A stretch of 64,000 bases of DNA from Octopus sinensis (Eukaryota), in assembly GCF_006345805.1 (NCBI RefSeq), contig NC_043002.1, positions 33,480,001 to 33,544,000 on the forward strand, in the 5' to 3' direction. Under the pieces are notes generated by a model that made no database searches, was not told the origin of the DNA, and saw only the letters and a list, made by a program, of their open reading frames with translations. Position 1 is the first letter of the stretch; each line of letters begins with the position of its first letter. Shown here one piece after another: positions 14,977-28,321 of the stretch. Position numbers and translations under genes: made by a program.

Positions 14977-15224
14977 TTTTCCGGGAACGCTGCCGTTGTT
15001 CTCTTTTAGAGAGACTTAGTAATTTTAATATTTCTATAATCTCATTTAAAACTAATTTTTGTTCACTAATTGCGCCTATAATGTTTGTTAGATGAAAGTT
15101 TTCTTCTCGCTTAGGTGAGACCCAACATACCAATTATGTATACACGCACTTACATATAAACACACACACGTATGTTTATGTATGTATGTATTTTTGTATG
15201 TGTGTTTTGTGTGGTGTATGTGTG

Positions 15225-15292
<68 letters not shown>

Positions 15293-15556
15293 TTTTAGTT
15301 CTGCTCAGGTGAAAATTAGTACAAACAACAGGTGTGTATTAACCCTGCAAATGGAGTGGCGTCTCAACAAGGAACGATGATCTACTCTCCGTCCCTTATA
15401 TACCAATGGAAACCAAAATAAGAATCGACCTAAAGAGCTTCTGTAAGTCCTTCGTTTTTATATCGAGTTATAAAAATAATTCACCATTACACTGAAGAAT
15501 TGTGTACGGTACATATTCATAATACTTCTACGAGAGGTGAAGATGACTGCGATTAA

Positions 15557-15623
<67 letters not shown>

Positions 15624-15865
15624 AACAAACACACACACACATGCACATCGCCTGGCGGTAGAAGAGGTGCATAATACAAACGTAGAGTTTTGTAGTAGTT
15701 TGTCGTTACAGAGTGACTGAACATGGACCTAGATTGTTGCTCTTTACACCAGGCGTATTCTGAATATATTCTCTTATGCATAAAACCACAGCCGACCCAC
15801 GAACTACCAACGCATATACACTGTCTATGTGTGTTCGATTTTGTTCATATATATATATATATATA

Positions 15866-16035
15866 TTCTCTCCTTGTTTCTCTCCTTGTCTTTTTTTTTC
15901 TGTGTCCCTTTCTGTAGAAGAGCGTAGGCTCGAAACGTAAAAGACTTATTCTATTCCTGAGCGTTATACTAATACATCTGTTTGTTTTGTACACCACCTG
16001 TCTTCGTCTTTTGTTTTTTTTCGTAAACTCTCCCT
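15866..16035 (+). mobile_element. (TA)n-embedded short repeat with hammerhead-like motif (Penelope-like pLTR candidate)
   Basis: CTGTAGA-AGAGCGTAGGCTC-GAAA-CGTA; body nearly identical to 6085-6205 and to the minus-strand copy at 24282-24440. Confidence 0.6.
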
Positions 16036-16240
16036 ATATATATATATGTATAATATATATAATATGTATGCATGCATGCACGTACGTACGTGTGCATGTA
16101 TAGATATATAAATATATAATATTATTTCTATGTTTGTGCATATGTATGTTTGCACTCTGCCTGCCACAACACATGCATAAACTACAAAGAAGGGAGCTTA
16201 ACTTTTACTAATATCACAGACAGACTAAGCAATAAGATTG

Positions 16241-16340
16241 NNNNNNNNNNNNNNNNNNNNNNNNNNNNNNNNNNNNNNNNNNNNNNNNNNNNNNNNNNNN
16301 NNNNNNNNNNNNNNNNNNNNNNNNNNNNNNNNNNNNNNNN
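16241..16340. other. Assembly gap (100 N)
   Basis: Run of 100 N, typical of an unknown-size scaffold gap. Confidence 0.99.
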
Positions 16341-16757
16341 CAGAGAAAGTACAGACTGCATTGAGATGGGTAAATCCCAAAGGTACGTAAATGTTCTAGG
16401 ATAAAACTTTCTACGAATAAACATTCTTATAATCCTTGAAAATCTTCAAATTATACCCAGTGGAGCATCAAATAACAGCTGACCCGTAATTATAGGATAC
16501 ATATTCCAGAGCAGACAACCTCGTGCTGACTGTGAGATCTTCCGTCAAGAAATTCTACGTTTTGGGCACCGGCTTGGCTGTGTGCTTACGAAGCACGCTT
16601 TGCTTCCACGTTGTTTCTAGTTTAGTCCACTGCATAGCACTTTGGTTAAGTGTCCTCTACTATAGCTCCGGACCGACCAATGGCTTGCCAGTAAATTTCG
16701 TTGACGAAAACTGTATTGACATACATACATACATACATACATACATACATACATACA

Positions 16758-16791
<34 letters not shown>

Positions 16792-16834
16792 CATACATAT
16801 ATGAAACACACACGTTCCAAAATGTAACCACATG

Positions 16835-17060
16835 TAGACTGTGGTCGGTTTTTCCTCCGTCTTCCTTTTCTCTTGAACTTTTCTCTGTCTCCAGTTCCTG
16901 AAGAAGAGCTTTGCTCGAAACGTAAAACACTCTTTCTTTCCTTCCCTGAGCGTCTTATTAATACTTTGCATGTACCACGTCCTTGCGTTGTTGGCTTTTT
17001 TCTTGTTGCCCGTTTTTTCTCCGTTTTTTTGTTAGGAGGTATGTTGGTCTTTTGGTATGG
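16835..17060 (+). mobile_element. Related repeat with canonical CTGANGA...GAAA hammerhead core
   Basis: CTGAAGA-AGAGC-TTT-GCTC-GAAA-CGTA at 16898-16924; its 3' part resembles 47915-47995. Confidence 0.55.
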
Positions 17061-17149
17061 CTGTTATTGTATGTGCAGAATAGTTTTATAACACATCCAT
17101 TTGATGTGAGTGTGTGTGTGTGTGTGTGTGTGTGAACTGACACAGTCAG

Positions 17150-17330
17150 TAGCACGCCGAACTGAACACTTAGGATTATTTCGTCCGTCTTTACATTCCA
17201 AGTTAAAAATTCCACCGATATCGACTTTGCCTTTCATCCTTTCTGTGCCGATAAAAAGAGTACGAGTCAAGCCCTGGGGTTGATGTAAGTGACTAGCCCC
17301 TCCCAAAATGTCAGACTTTGTGCTTACAGA
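17150..17330 (+). mobile_element. Degenerate family A SINE
   Basis: TAGCACGCCG...TCGACTTTGCCTTTCATCCTTTC...GATAAAA.GAGTAC. Confidence 0.7.
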
Positions 17331-17337
17331 AGGAGGG

Positions 17338-17393
<56 letters not shown>

Positions 17394-17394
<1 letters not shown>

Positions 17395-17554
17395 GCAGGA
17401 GTGGCTGTGTGGTAAGAACCTTGCTTCCCAACCACATGGTTTCTGATTCAGTCCCACTGCGTGGAACCTTGGGCAAGTGTCTTCTACTACAGCTTCAAGT
17501 CGACCGTAGCCTTGTGAGTGTATTTAGTAGACGGAAACTGAAAGAAGCCCGCCC

Positions 17555-17631
<77 letters not shown>

Positions 17632-17846
17632 GTGTCTGTGTGGTCACTCCACCATCGCTTGGCAACCGATCTTAATGTGTTCGGCAAAGAGAGAGGTTGA
17701 ATAAGTCCCATGGTCAATTTATTCGACTAAAAGTAGTGATCCAACATGGCCGCAGTCAAATGACTGAAACAAATAAAAGAATAAAAGAAAAAAAATATAT
17801 ATATATGGATGGGTGGAAATGTATATATGTGTGTGTGTATGTGTGT

Positions 17847-17890
<44 letters not shown>

Positions 17891-18072
17891 TTTGTGTGTG
17901 CGATTTGTCTTCCTACCTGTGGTTGACAACCCGTAACGTCGTGACTCAGCAAATAACACTGATAGAATAAGTCCTAAGTTTAAAAAATAAATGCTGGAGT
18001 CAATTTGTTCGACTAAACCCGACAAGCGGTGTCGCAGCACGCCATTAGCCTAATGGCTGAAACAGGTAAAAG
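17394..18072 (+). mobile_element. SINE family B plus a second partial 3' half
   Basis: CGCAGGAGTGGCTGTGTGG head to GACTGAAAC tail at about 17770; a second 3' half at about 17900-18072. Confidence 0.75.
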
Positions 18073-18616
18073 AAGCAGATAAGATTCTGTTGTTTGGTAT
18101 TTTATTGTAAGTAAGATATTGAGTCATTAGTAAAACACGGAAGACCACGTTGTGTGACAAGTATATATCATGCTGTAGATTGTCATCATCTCCATTGATG
18201 ATATTCAGCATTAAATTCATAAACTAAGAGAAATTGGAAAAGGAAATTAGAAATTGTGGCGTCCGAGTGTCTCTTGAATATATTAACGACTAAATGGAAT
18301 GGAATAAGAACAACCGAGGAACATAATTGGCAGTTCGTGTTTGTTTGTGGAAATATTTCCTTCACTGTAGAGAGAATTAGTAGCTGTTTAATATATGAGA
18401 ACCAATATGGAATGTTCGGTTAAGTTTAAATTATTGCAAGACACAGAAGATATTGGTGGGGAACTAGAGAAATGTTAAGCAAAGTCGGGCGGTCTATATT
18501 TGCTCTAAGAAAGAGCTTGCAACAGTTTAATTCTGTCTGTGAGCTATTGGTTTTGTTGAGAGGCACATACCCTAAAAGCATCTTACTGTAAACCCTTGTG
18601 GCTAATAAAGAAACCC

Positions 18617-18687
<71 letters not shown>

Positions 18688-18690
<3 letters not shown>

Positions 18691-19432
18691 TAGTTTTATT
18701 TTTATAGCGTGCTTTCACTTCACTACGAGCGCAGCTCCGTGTGCCTTGGGTATGTGCTGTGATTTGTTGTGATGCTCTGATGGTTATTGTATGGAAAGTG
18801 TTTTGCGTAGGATGTGTGCAGTGCCTAGTAGTGCAATTTTCTGTATGTTATATGTGTTGTAAGTCCTGGTGTTTTTGTTATGTATTGTCTGAATATTTTT
18901 TATCATGCCTAATGCACCTACTATGATAGGAATTGTTCTGTTTTCAGATTCCACATTCTAGTTACCTCTATTTCCAGGTCTTTGTATTTTGAGAGTTTCT
19001 CCATTTCTTTTAGAGACACGTTGTCATCTGCCGGTATTGATACATCATTAGGAAAGCATTTTTTTTCTTCATGATCTCTGACAACTATATCTGGTCTGTT
19101 GGCCTTAATTTCTCTATCTGTGTGTATCGGCATATCCCAGAGTATGGTTGCTTTCTCGTTTTCTGTGACCTTTTCTGGTGTGTGCCTTATACCATCTTTT
19201 TTCTGTTGTTATTCCATAATGTTGGCATAGCTTCCAATGTATGTAGGTTCCAACTCTGTCATGTCTGTGAATATATTCCTTCTTAGCCAGGACTGGGCAG
19301 CTGGCAGCTAGAGATAATATGATTTATTGTTTGTTGTCCATCTCCACATATTCTGCAGTTACTTGTAATATTTCTTTTCATTACATGTTTTTGGTAATTT
19401 CTGGTGGGGAGGCTTTGGTCTTGTGCTGCAAT
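18688..19432 (-). mobile_element. 5'-truncated R4/Dong-clade non-LTR retrotransposon (restriction-like endonuclease), frameshifted
   Basis: Minus-strand peptides IAAQDQSLPTRNY...CRICGDGQQTINHIISSC (CCHC finger) and ILWDMPIHTDREIKANRPDIVV...DVSIP...KEMEKLSKYKDL (RPD..D..K endonuclease). The 3' end abuts a (TAA)n array at 18617-18687, the known Dong-type target. Confidence 0.88.
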
Positions 19433-19489
19433 TTGTATACTTAATAATATGTCTGGTATGCCTAAGACCTCAGGTATTACCGACAGAAT

Positions 19490-19935
19490 CATTAGCATAC
19501 AGGGCAAAATGCTTTGGGACATTTCTTCTAGCTCTTTACGTTGTGAGTTCAAGTTCTGCGTTGGCTAACATTGCCTTTCATCGCTTCGGGATTGATATAA
19601 ATCAAGTACCGGTTAAGTACATGGGCCAATGTAATCGATTTGGCCCTCTTCATTTAAATAGCTGCATCTTGTGCCAAGATTTGAAATTATCATCATTATA
19701 ACCATCGTTGTCATTATCATCATCTACCGTAGCGAGGTGGCAGAATCGTTAGCACACCGGGAAAAATGCTGAGCAACATTTCGTCCGAATTTGAGTTCAA
19801 GTTCTGCCGAATTTGATTTTGCTTTTCATCCTTTCGGGGTCGATGAAATAAATACCAGTTGAGCATTGGGGTCGATGTAATCGACTAGCCCCTTGCCCTC
19901 AAAATTTCAGGTCTTATTCCTAGATTAAAAAAGAT
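19490..19935 (+). mobile_element. Two tandem degenerate family A SINEs
   Basis: CAGAATC(A/G)TTAGCA...GAGTTCAAGTTCTGC...TTTCATC...GAT...AGTACC occurs twice. Confidence 0.75.
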
Positions 19936-20179
19936 TATCATTAGGAAAAAAGCAAAGAAGACCGTCTAATATATTTAACTTGTTATAAATAACTTACGCC
20001 AGCAGTCACAACAAAAATCTATACGTTTATTACGTAATAGATCAAACTATGAAAAATGAACACCAATAACCTCTCCGTAGTTTATAAGTCGCACTAAAGG
20101 CCACGAATGCGTTATTTATGCAAATCGCGTACCCGATTCAATAGAATAACTAATATATAATGAATATATATATATATAT

Positions 20180-20211
<32 letters not shown>

Positions 20212-20505
20212 ATAATACATATATATATATACATATATATATATCTATACATATATATACATATATATACATTATATACATATATTACATATATATACAT
20301 ATATATATATACATATATATACATATATATACATATAATACATATATATATATACATATATATATACACACACACATATATATATACACATGTATATATA
20401 TGTATGTATGTATATATACATACATACATATATATATTCACATGTATATATATGTATATATATATATGTATGTATATATATGTATATGTGTGTGTATGTG
20501 TGTGC

Positions 20506-20536
<31 letters not shown>

Positions 20537-21816
20537 CGTACATAAATACATTCAGACATACAGAAGCTTAAAAGTCAATTTATTTCTTGTTACAGCTTTG
20601 AGCACGAACACATAGGATTTTGTGTATGCTTGTGAATATGTATTTGTACATACATATGCACATAAATATAAGCGTTCTATATATGTGTGCGTTTTGGTGT
20701 GTAATGTGTACATACGTTTCATGTATTTATGCATGATTGTATATTCGCACACTATTTCACTTTTAGTAGACGATGTTTTGGAAACCAATCAGTCTTTAGT
20801 TTCCAGGAGCACAAATCTTCCCGCCCTATTTTATCGTTCTTCATTTATGTTAATGAGCATTATTTTTAAAGAGAAAAATTCAATTACAAATACCGCCAAA
20901 ACAGAGTTACGCACTTATAGTTATCCATATGCTCCTAATTTTAATGGAAAACCTTCTGAGAAAGTCTAAAAGTAGCCACACTTATTTTACACACACATCC
21001 TCTTCACTGCCGTTTTTCTTTATTCTCCCAGACACTTTTTTTCTCTTGGAGACACGAATAGTTCGTGCGTACTGATGTGTTAATCCAGCGCATTAGGTAT
21101 TCTACATTTTTGATTTCAATTGCACTTGGAATTGTTTGATTTTACATATCGACAACAACTCTTCTTCATGACTCATTTCTCTCACAATTTGAATAGTGCG
21201 CGAATCTCCCCCATTCTACTTGAAACAGCATTAGATAAAAAAAAAAATACCAGTGTGTACAAACTATAATGTAATACCACCTCTCCTGAAAAGACAAGTC
21301 TATCCTTCAGAACTACTTGCATCTCTTAGTCAGACCTTTGAGGCAAATTTGGAAACATTCCCCAACAGAAGTTCTTTTGCTTTTAGTGTATTATTAATTG
21401 CTCTTAAGAAATTAGAACCTTTGGGTGGTCATGCCTATTCTTTGTTGACCATAACCCTCCGCAGGTCCATCGACATATGTGTTAGTATCTAAGTATATAG
21501 GTTTGTGTTCATAAACGCACACACAATCACACACGCACAAACTCACGCACATATACACAAACACACACATATATATATATGTGTCAATATATATATATAT
21601 ATATGCGTGTGTATATATATGTGTATATATATGTATATATATATAAATGTAGATATGTATATATACATATATATATATGTATGTCTATATATACATATGT
21701 ATATATATATGTGCCAATATATATATATATGCGTATATATATATGTGCGTATAAATATATACATATATATATATATGTATGTATATATATAAATGTAGAG
21801 ATGTATGTATACATAC

Positions 21817-21878
<62 letters not shown>

Positions 21879-21901
21879 GTATGTCTATATATATATGTAT
21901 A

Positions 21902-21936
<35 letters not shown>

Positions 21937-22304
21937 GCGCATACATGTATGAATAAATAAATACATACACGTATAGGCGAGAAGTTCAAAACAATACTCA
22001 ATATATGTGCGCGCGCGCGCACACACACACGCACACACACACAACACACACACACACACATACACATAAACACACAGACTTCATTTTGTGGCGGGGACCC
22101 AAACCGAATAAATAAATATATTGAAAATTGGCTATCACTGAGCTGAGAACACGGCAGTGTAAATATTATATGAAGAATGGTAGTAGGAGGTAGAAAGTGA
22201 GTAGGAGTAGGAATGAATAGGCGATAAGGAAGCAATATTGATATACAGAGCTGCTATAATGGTTGAAGTGAATTGTACTGCGATATTTGGTTTGGTAGGC
22301 ACCA

Positions 22305-22488
22305 TGACGTCATCACGCCAAAGTTGAAAGGTTGGTTATGTAGACGGATAGACAACGTGCTGCCTATACTGCAGAACTATTGCTTACTGCTAATGGTCAC
22401 ATTCAACATTTAGGAGAGTTGGAGATTTAGGGACAACAAATATATTAAGGACGTTCTTTGAAATTGGAAGTATATATTATTGGTGAGT
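22305..22488 (+). promoter_or_regulatory. Candidate CRE-containing promoter and non-coding first exon
   Basis: Perfect TGACGTCA at 22305-22312 in a unique-sequence island, followed by a consensus donor TTG|GTGAGT at 22482/22483. No ATG-initiated ORF reaches the donor. Confidence 0.25.
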
Positions 22489-22625
22489 TTTTCCAGAACA
22501 AATATTTGTAGAATAAAAATTTACAAAAAAATGTATACTTGTTATAGGTTATTTTATATTATGTGTATTAGTGAGAATATATATGTGTACGCATGTGCGT
22601 GTGTATACATTTATGTTTCTATATA

Positions 22626-22694
<69 letters not shown>

Positions 22695-23210
22695 ATGTGT
22701 GTGTGTGTATGTGTGTGTGTAATATCATAAGAAAATTGCAGCTTCCTAACTATATGCAAACATGCCCCTAAAATGATTCTGAGGACGTATATAGATAGAG
22801 ATAGAGAGAGAGAGAGAGACATACAGACAGATACACATACATGCATACATACTCACATACATACATACTCACATACATACATAGATACATACATATATAC
22901 ATACATACATACATACATACATACATACATGCATACATACATACATACATATACATACATACATACATACATACATACATACATACATACATGCATACAT
23001 GCCCACACACATACATACCTACAATGAGAAATACAGGCAGACACAGAATGACACAGAGAGACAGAAAGACAGAGAGATAGATAGTGAGTGAGTGAGTGAG
23101 TGGGTGAGAGAGAGAGAAACAAAGTGAGACACACAGGCATACAGACGCATACATGCATACATACATACATACTTACATATATACAAACGTACATACATGC
23201 CCAAAGAAAT

Positions 23211-23306
<96 letters not shown>

Positions 23307-23356
23307 ACAGACAGACAGACAGACAGACAGATAGAAAGATAGAGAGATCGATAGAG

Positions 23357-23436
<80 letters not shown>

Positions 23437-23844
23437 TGTATACCAGTTACTCTGAAGTCCAGACTGTAGCTTAACATGACTTTATCGGCGCATACTTCAG
23501 AAATTATTCTATTGTGCGTTTATCAATATATGTGTGTGTGTATATAAATGTATGTATGTATGATGTATGTATGTATGTATGTATGTATGTATGTATGTAT
23601 GTATGTATGTATGTATGTATGGTAAATGAGAGACAGAAGATGGAATGTACGAGAATTTTTATCAATCAAAATTGTGTCGACACATCTAGTAACGATCACT
23701 CACGGGTTGGACACTTAACTTGTTCAGGAGCGTCCGGTGGTGCAGATGTGTCTCATTGGATGATAAATTGATACAGCTCGTTAAAATAACGCAGATATTT
23801 CCTTCAAAAGATACATTGCGGAACTGTGGCAATCGCGCTTTCAC

Positions 23845-23893
<49 letters not shown>

Positions 23894-23973
23894 TCTAGCA
23901 AAAACTGTCTGATGAACGGCAACGAGAAACTCAGAGTAACAGATTTTGTTGAATTTTCTGCTGCTTAAAATAA

Positions 23974-24043
<70 letters not shown>

Positions 24044-24155
24044 ACCACTCGACCGACCAGGCTATCAGATGTTGTTACACATCGCTGGTCACAATGCGCT
24101 TCGCATTGTTTTAGCCTTCAAATGACGCCACCCCGCTGGCTAAGCAAGCAGGCCA

Positions 24156-24241
<86 letters not shown>

Positions 24242-24245
24242 ATAC

Positions 24246-24281
<36 letters not shown>

Positions 24282-24284
<3 letters not shown>

Positions 24285-24650
24285 GGAAAGTTTACGAAAA
24301 ATAAACAAGGACGAAGGCAGGTGGAGTACAAACAAACAAATGTATTAGTATAGCGCTCAGGAATAGAAAATGTATTTTACGTTTCGAGCCTACGCTCTTC
24401 GACAGAAAGATACACAGAAAAAAACAAGGAGAGAAAAAAATGCGTGTAGTAGCTAACGATCTATCATGGCGTTCTGACTTCGGACAATGGTCAGACGCGA
24501 GAGGGACAGTAGAGGAGATAACAGGGTCAAGTGACTTCCAATACGAAGGTGGTCCCAACACAAAGGTGAGTGTGTGTATAAGAGAGTATGTACGTGCGTG
24601 TGAAAGAGGGCTGGTGGTCTGGACGTGTGTGTGTATGTATGTGTGGGTGT
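24282..24650 (-). mobile_element. Longer copy of the hammerhead-like (TA)n-embedded repeat
   Basis: Reverse complement reads GTATCTTT-CTGTCGA-AGAGCGTAGGCTC-GAAA-CGTA-AAATAC, with about 200 bp of extra upstream sequence; flanked by (TA)n. Confidence 0.6.
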
Positions 24651-25427
24651 GGACTATATATATATATATATATAATATATATATACATATATATATATAT
24701 ATAAAAACGATGTTAATTTGTTTAATTCCACGTAAATTATCATTTCTGCAAATATATAGACCAACTTAAAATAAGTATTTGATTCATTCCGTCAATGCCT
24801 GGCACCAGTATGGCCAGAAGCCAACGACTGAAACAAGCATAAAAGAATAAAGAGTATTAATTACAATAGTTTCTCAAAGTATCATGTCTTAACAACTTTA
24901 CGTGTACGTTGGATTTGTTGAAATAAATAAATTACACTGGAGGTCTGTTTGTCTTACAAATGACATAATCTGGGTCTGTGTGTTGAAACGAGAGCAACTG
25001 CATCAGAGAAAAGCTATTGAATAAGGCTGTAAAATTTACTTCAAATTTAAATTTATTTCACAATTGTCGAAACCTTTGTTACATATCTACGACCTAATCA
25101 ATGACACCCTCCGCTGCAGCGTCATTGCTATACAAGTAGAACTATAGACTATATGGGTACATGTGTGATTGTTGTTGTGTTGTTGTTTCGAGTTCATCTT
25201 TAAATAAATAGTTCTGTGAATACAACAAATACGTGTTTCTAATGTCAACGGGAAATACTGAAATACAATAAATTAAATGTATAGATCTTTTAAAAATAAA
25301 AACAAGAGAAAATTATGAAGGTGTAAGAGCTTCCTATTATCGGGTTTCAGACAGTTTCAATAGATTTGAGTCGTTGGTAATAAGGTCGCAAAAATACGAC
25401 GAAAATGTTGACACTTCATCAAATGAA

Positions 25428-25814
25428 TCTCTATATATATAAAGCTGAAGTTCTCTGTGTATGACAGGTTTGGTAGCCTTCAACAAACACTATCTTCTCC
25501 GAGATCCTGCGGCGCAAGTTGACCAAAATTGAGAGTTTGATAGAAGAAGGCTTGCTCTTCCTTCCTTAGAAGAAAAAAATTCAAATCGAACCATGTTAAC
25601 ACCAAAAATTATTTACATCAAAAGATGCTTTTTTTCTATGAAAATCCCAGTTTTTTTACGATTCTTTTTACTGCTGTGTCGCCATTTTTTGGTGTATTTC
25701 AACCAGAAAAATGTTCACTCAAAGGGAATAACAAGCTACATAATGCAAAATGTTTACTTTTCAAAAATTCCAATTCTCTAGGGTTGAAACAAACCCGAGC
25801 AACGATACTACTAG
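25428..25814 (+). mobile_element. Non-autonomous Helitron-like element
   Basis: 5' A|TCTCTATATATATAAAG and 3' AACCCGAGCAACG...CTAG|T; similar to the cleaner 3' end at 36564-36594. Confidence 0.45.
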
Positions 25815-25900
25815 TTTAGATTTAAAATGAATTTAACATCTTTCTGTGCGTTTTAAACGGTTCTTCTACGATGTAAATAAATGGTATATACATACAAGCA

Positions 25901-25975
<75 letters not shown>

Positions 25976-26247
25976 ATATATATATATATATTATATATAT
26001 ATATACTATATAAACGCATGAGAGAATTTTATAAACTTTCAAAAGAATATGCATTAATTCCTTTTCGGAATACATCGAAGACTTCGACTTTTTCTATCCA
26101 AAAGGATCTTTCCAACCCAATATTTACATGCGATATTCCCGAAAAGTATATACGTATGTGTATGTGTATGTGCGCGTGTGTGTGTATGTGTGCGTGTGTG
26201 TGTCTGTGTGTGTATGTGTGTGTGTGTGTGTATGTGTGTGTGTGTGT

Positions 26248-26287
<40 letters not shown>

Positions 26288-26822
26288 CGCGTGTGTGTGT
26301 GTGTGTGTACCTAGGCATCATCCAGTATTGCCTCAGATCAACAGCATCCTCTGCTGGAAATAGAAATCTAGTGGATTGCTAAATCATATTTTGGAGTATC
26401 ATAGCTTATTAGGGTAGGGAGTTATTCTTGATGAAAACAGTCTGGTTTTTGAAGGCTATTTGCATTCTCCGATTTGTTTCTGTAAAAATTTGCTTCGCGA
26501 TGTGATTATGTGCTGTAAGATTATTTTTGGTAATGTGACTATGTCCTAGCCTTGAGTTCTTTTTATAACAAGAAGCTAACATTCATTTAGGCAACATCAA
26601 TCTTATAATTTTTCCACTTTTTACAAATCGTATATATGTTGACTGTGGTGTTGGGGAGAATCGAATCTGACCATTTTGTTACCCGTCTAAATAATAAAGA
26701 AATTTCATGTCCTTAAACATTTGTCATCATTTTATTTCTGTATTTGTTACTTTATTCAAGCAAAGTAGCTAGTTCTAAAATGTCTAAAAGAGATACAAGT
26801 AGTAAGGATACGAAAACATAAT

Positions 26823-27047
26823 GTAGCTATTCCACACGGAACCGTTACTAGATTTTTACCCCAGGAAAACATATTTTCCAACTGGTTAACGACACACAAG
26901 CTGTGTCTGATATATTGCTATGGGAGGAGAGTGGTTCGCTCCCTTACTCACAATATATCAGAAACAGGTTGTGTGCCGTTAACCAGCTGGAAAAGATGTT
27001 TTCCTGGGGTTATAATTTAGTAACATAGTTCCGTATGGAACAGCCAC
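26823..27047. repeat. Imperfect fold-back, about 95-bp arms
   Basis: ...ACCCCAGGAAAACATATTTTCCAACTGGTTAACGACACACAAGCTGTGTCTGATATATTG pairs with CAATATATCAGAAACAGGTTGTGTGCCGTTAACCAGCTGGAAAAGATGTTTTCCTGGGGT... Confidence 0.9.
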
Positions 27048-28152
27048 GCTGAAGTGACAACAAACATTATTTTATCTTTTATTTATATATTTTGTAATTT
27101 TTCTTTTGAAGTACATTATTTCTGTTATTTTGACACCATGAAAAGTTAGAGAATAGAAGTATGGTGATTCCTGGATTTCTTGAATTATATCATTGTTAGT
27201 GCGATTTCTCCAATTAAATTTATCGTTAATATTTATTTACATGTAAGCTTTTGACAACTGACGCCATGAGAGTTTTTTTATTTGTGAAGGGAATATAATG
27301 GTTTACGTAAATCCCTTTTTTCCCTAAAGCGGAAGTGTACACAACATATAATTACTCACAAATTGCTTATTGTGCAGCCATTGTTCTGTTTCGCTTTTTA
27401 TATACAGCATGGCGGACAGATTAGAGTTTTCTTCTGTTACCTACTCTGTTGTGTTGATAACATCCTAAAGCTTGGAGTCGTCCACAAATAATTTTATTGT
27501 GATATATTTGATGGTATTTGTATTACAATTAGAGAAAATGAAGAGGAGTATAACCCATTTGATTACTTTTGTTGGGTTTGCGTGGATTCTTTGAATGTTG
27601 TGTTAAAGAATTTTGTTCTTGTATCTTATTTTTTTTTATAATTCTTTTCAACATGACTCTGTGCTGTGTAAAAATGATCTAGACAAACAACCACGTTACT
27701 AAATTTCCTCTACGTTTTCCGTTGTGGTGGTAGACAATTTAAAATGGTGTTAAGCTAATACAGTAATTGTTAGTTCACCTCAACAGCGTATGACACAACA
27801 CCTACCCACCCATATCGGTCGCTTTTATCTTTCGCTACATCAAAAGAAATTCTATTGAATCTCTTTCGACTTTCCATATTTGCAATATGTCCAGCAATCA
27901 TTACTTGTTAACCGGAAACTCATTATTTTAACATCCGGTTTGTAAAATGTTCTACAGTGTAAAACAGGCATTCTTTCATGTATCGTTTTGCTTTCTTCCT
28001 ATTTTTATTCCCTTCAGCATTCATATCTGTCTGTCTAGAAACGTATTTTTCATTTCTCTCTTATAATAGCACCCTCTTTATAGCGTTTGACAATTCTAAA
28101 GTTTCAATTCTATCCTCTCTCTCCCACCTTATATATATATATATATATATAA

Positions 28153-28193
<41 letters not shown>

Positions 28194-28288
28194 CATGCAT
28201 GTATGTATTTATGTATGTTATATGATGTATGTTATGTGGGTGTGTGCGTATGCCTGGTGAATATACATGAACATGTATATATATATAT

Positions 28289-28321
<33 letters not shown>

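Noticed and set aside
27538-27594. Signal-peptide-like mini ORF MKRSITHLITFVGFAWIL
   Set aside because: Ends in TGA with no suitable phase-1 donor.
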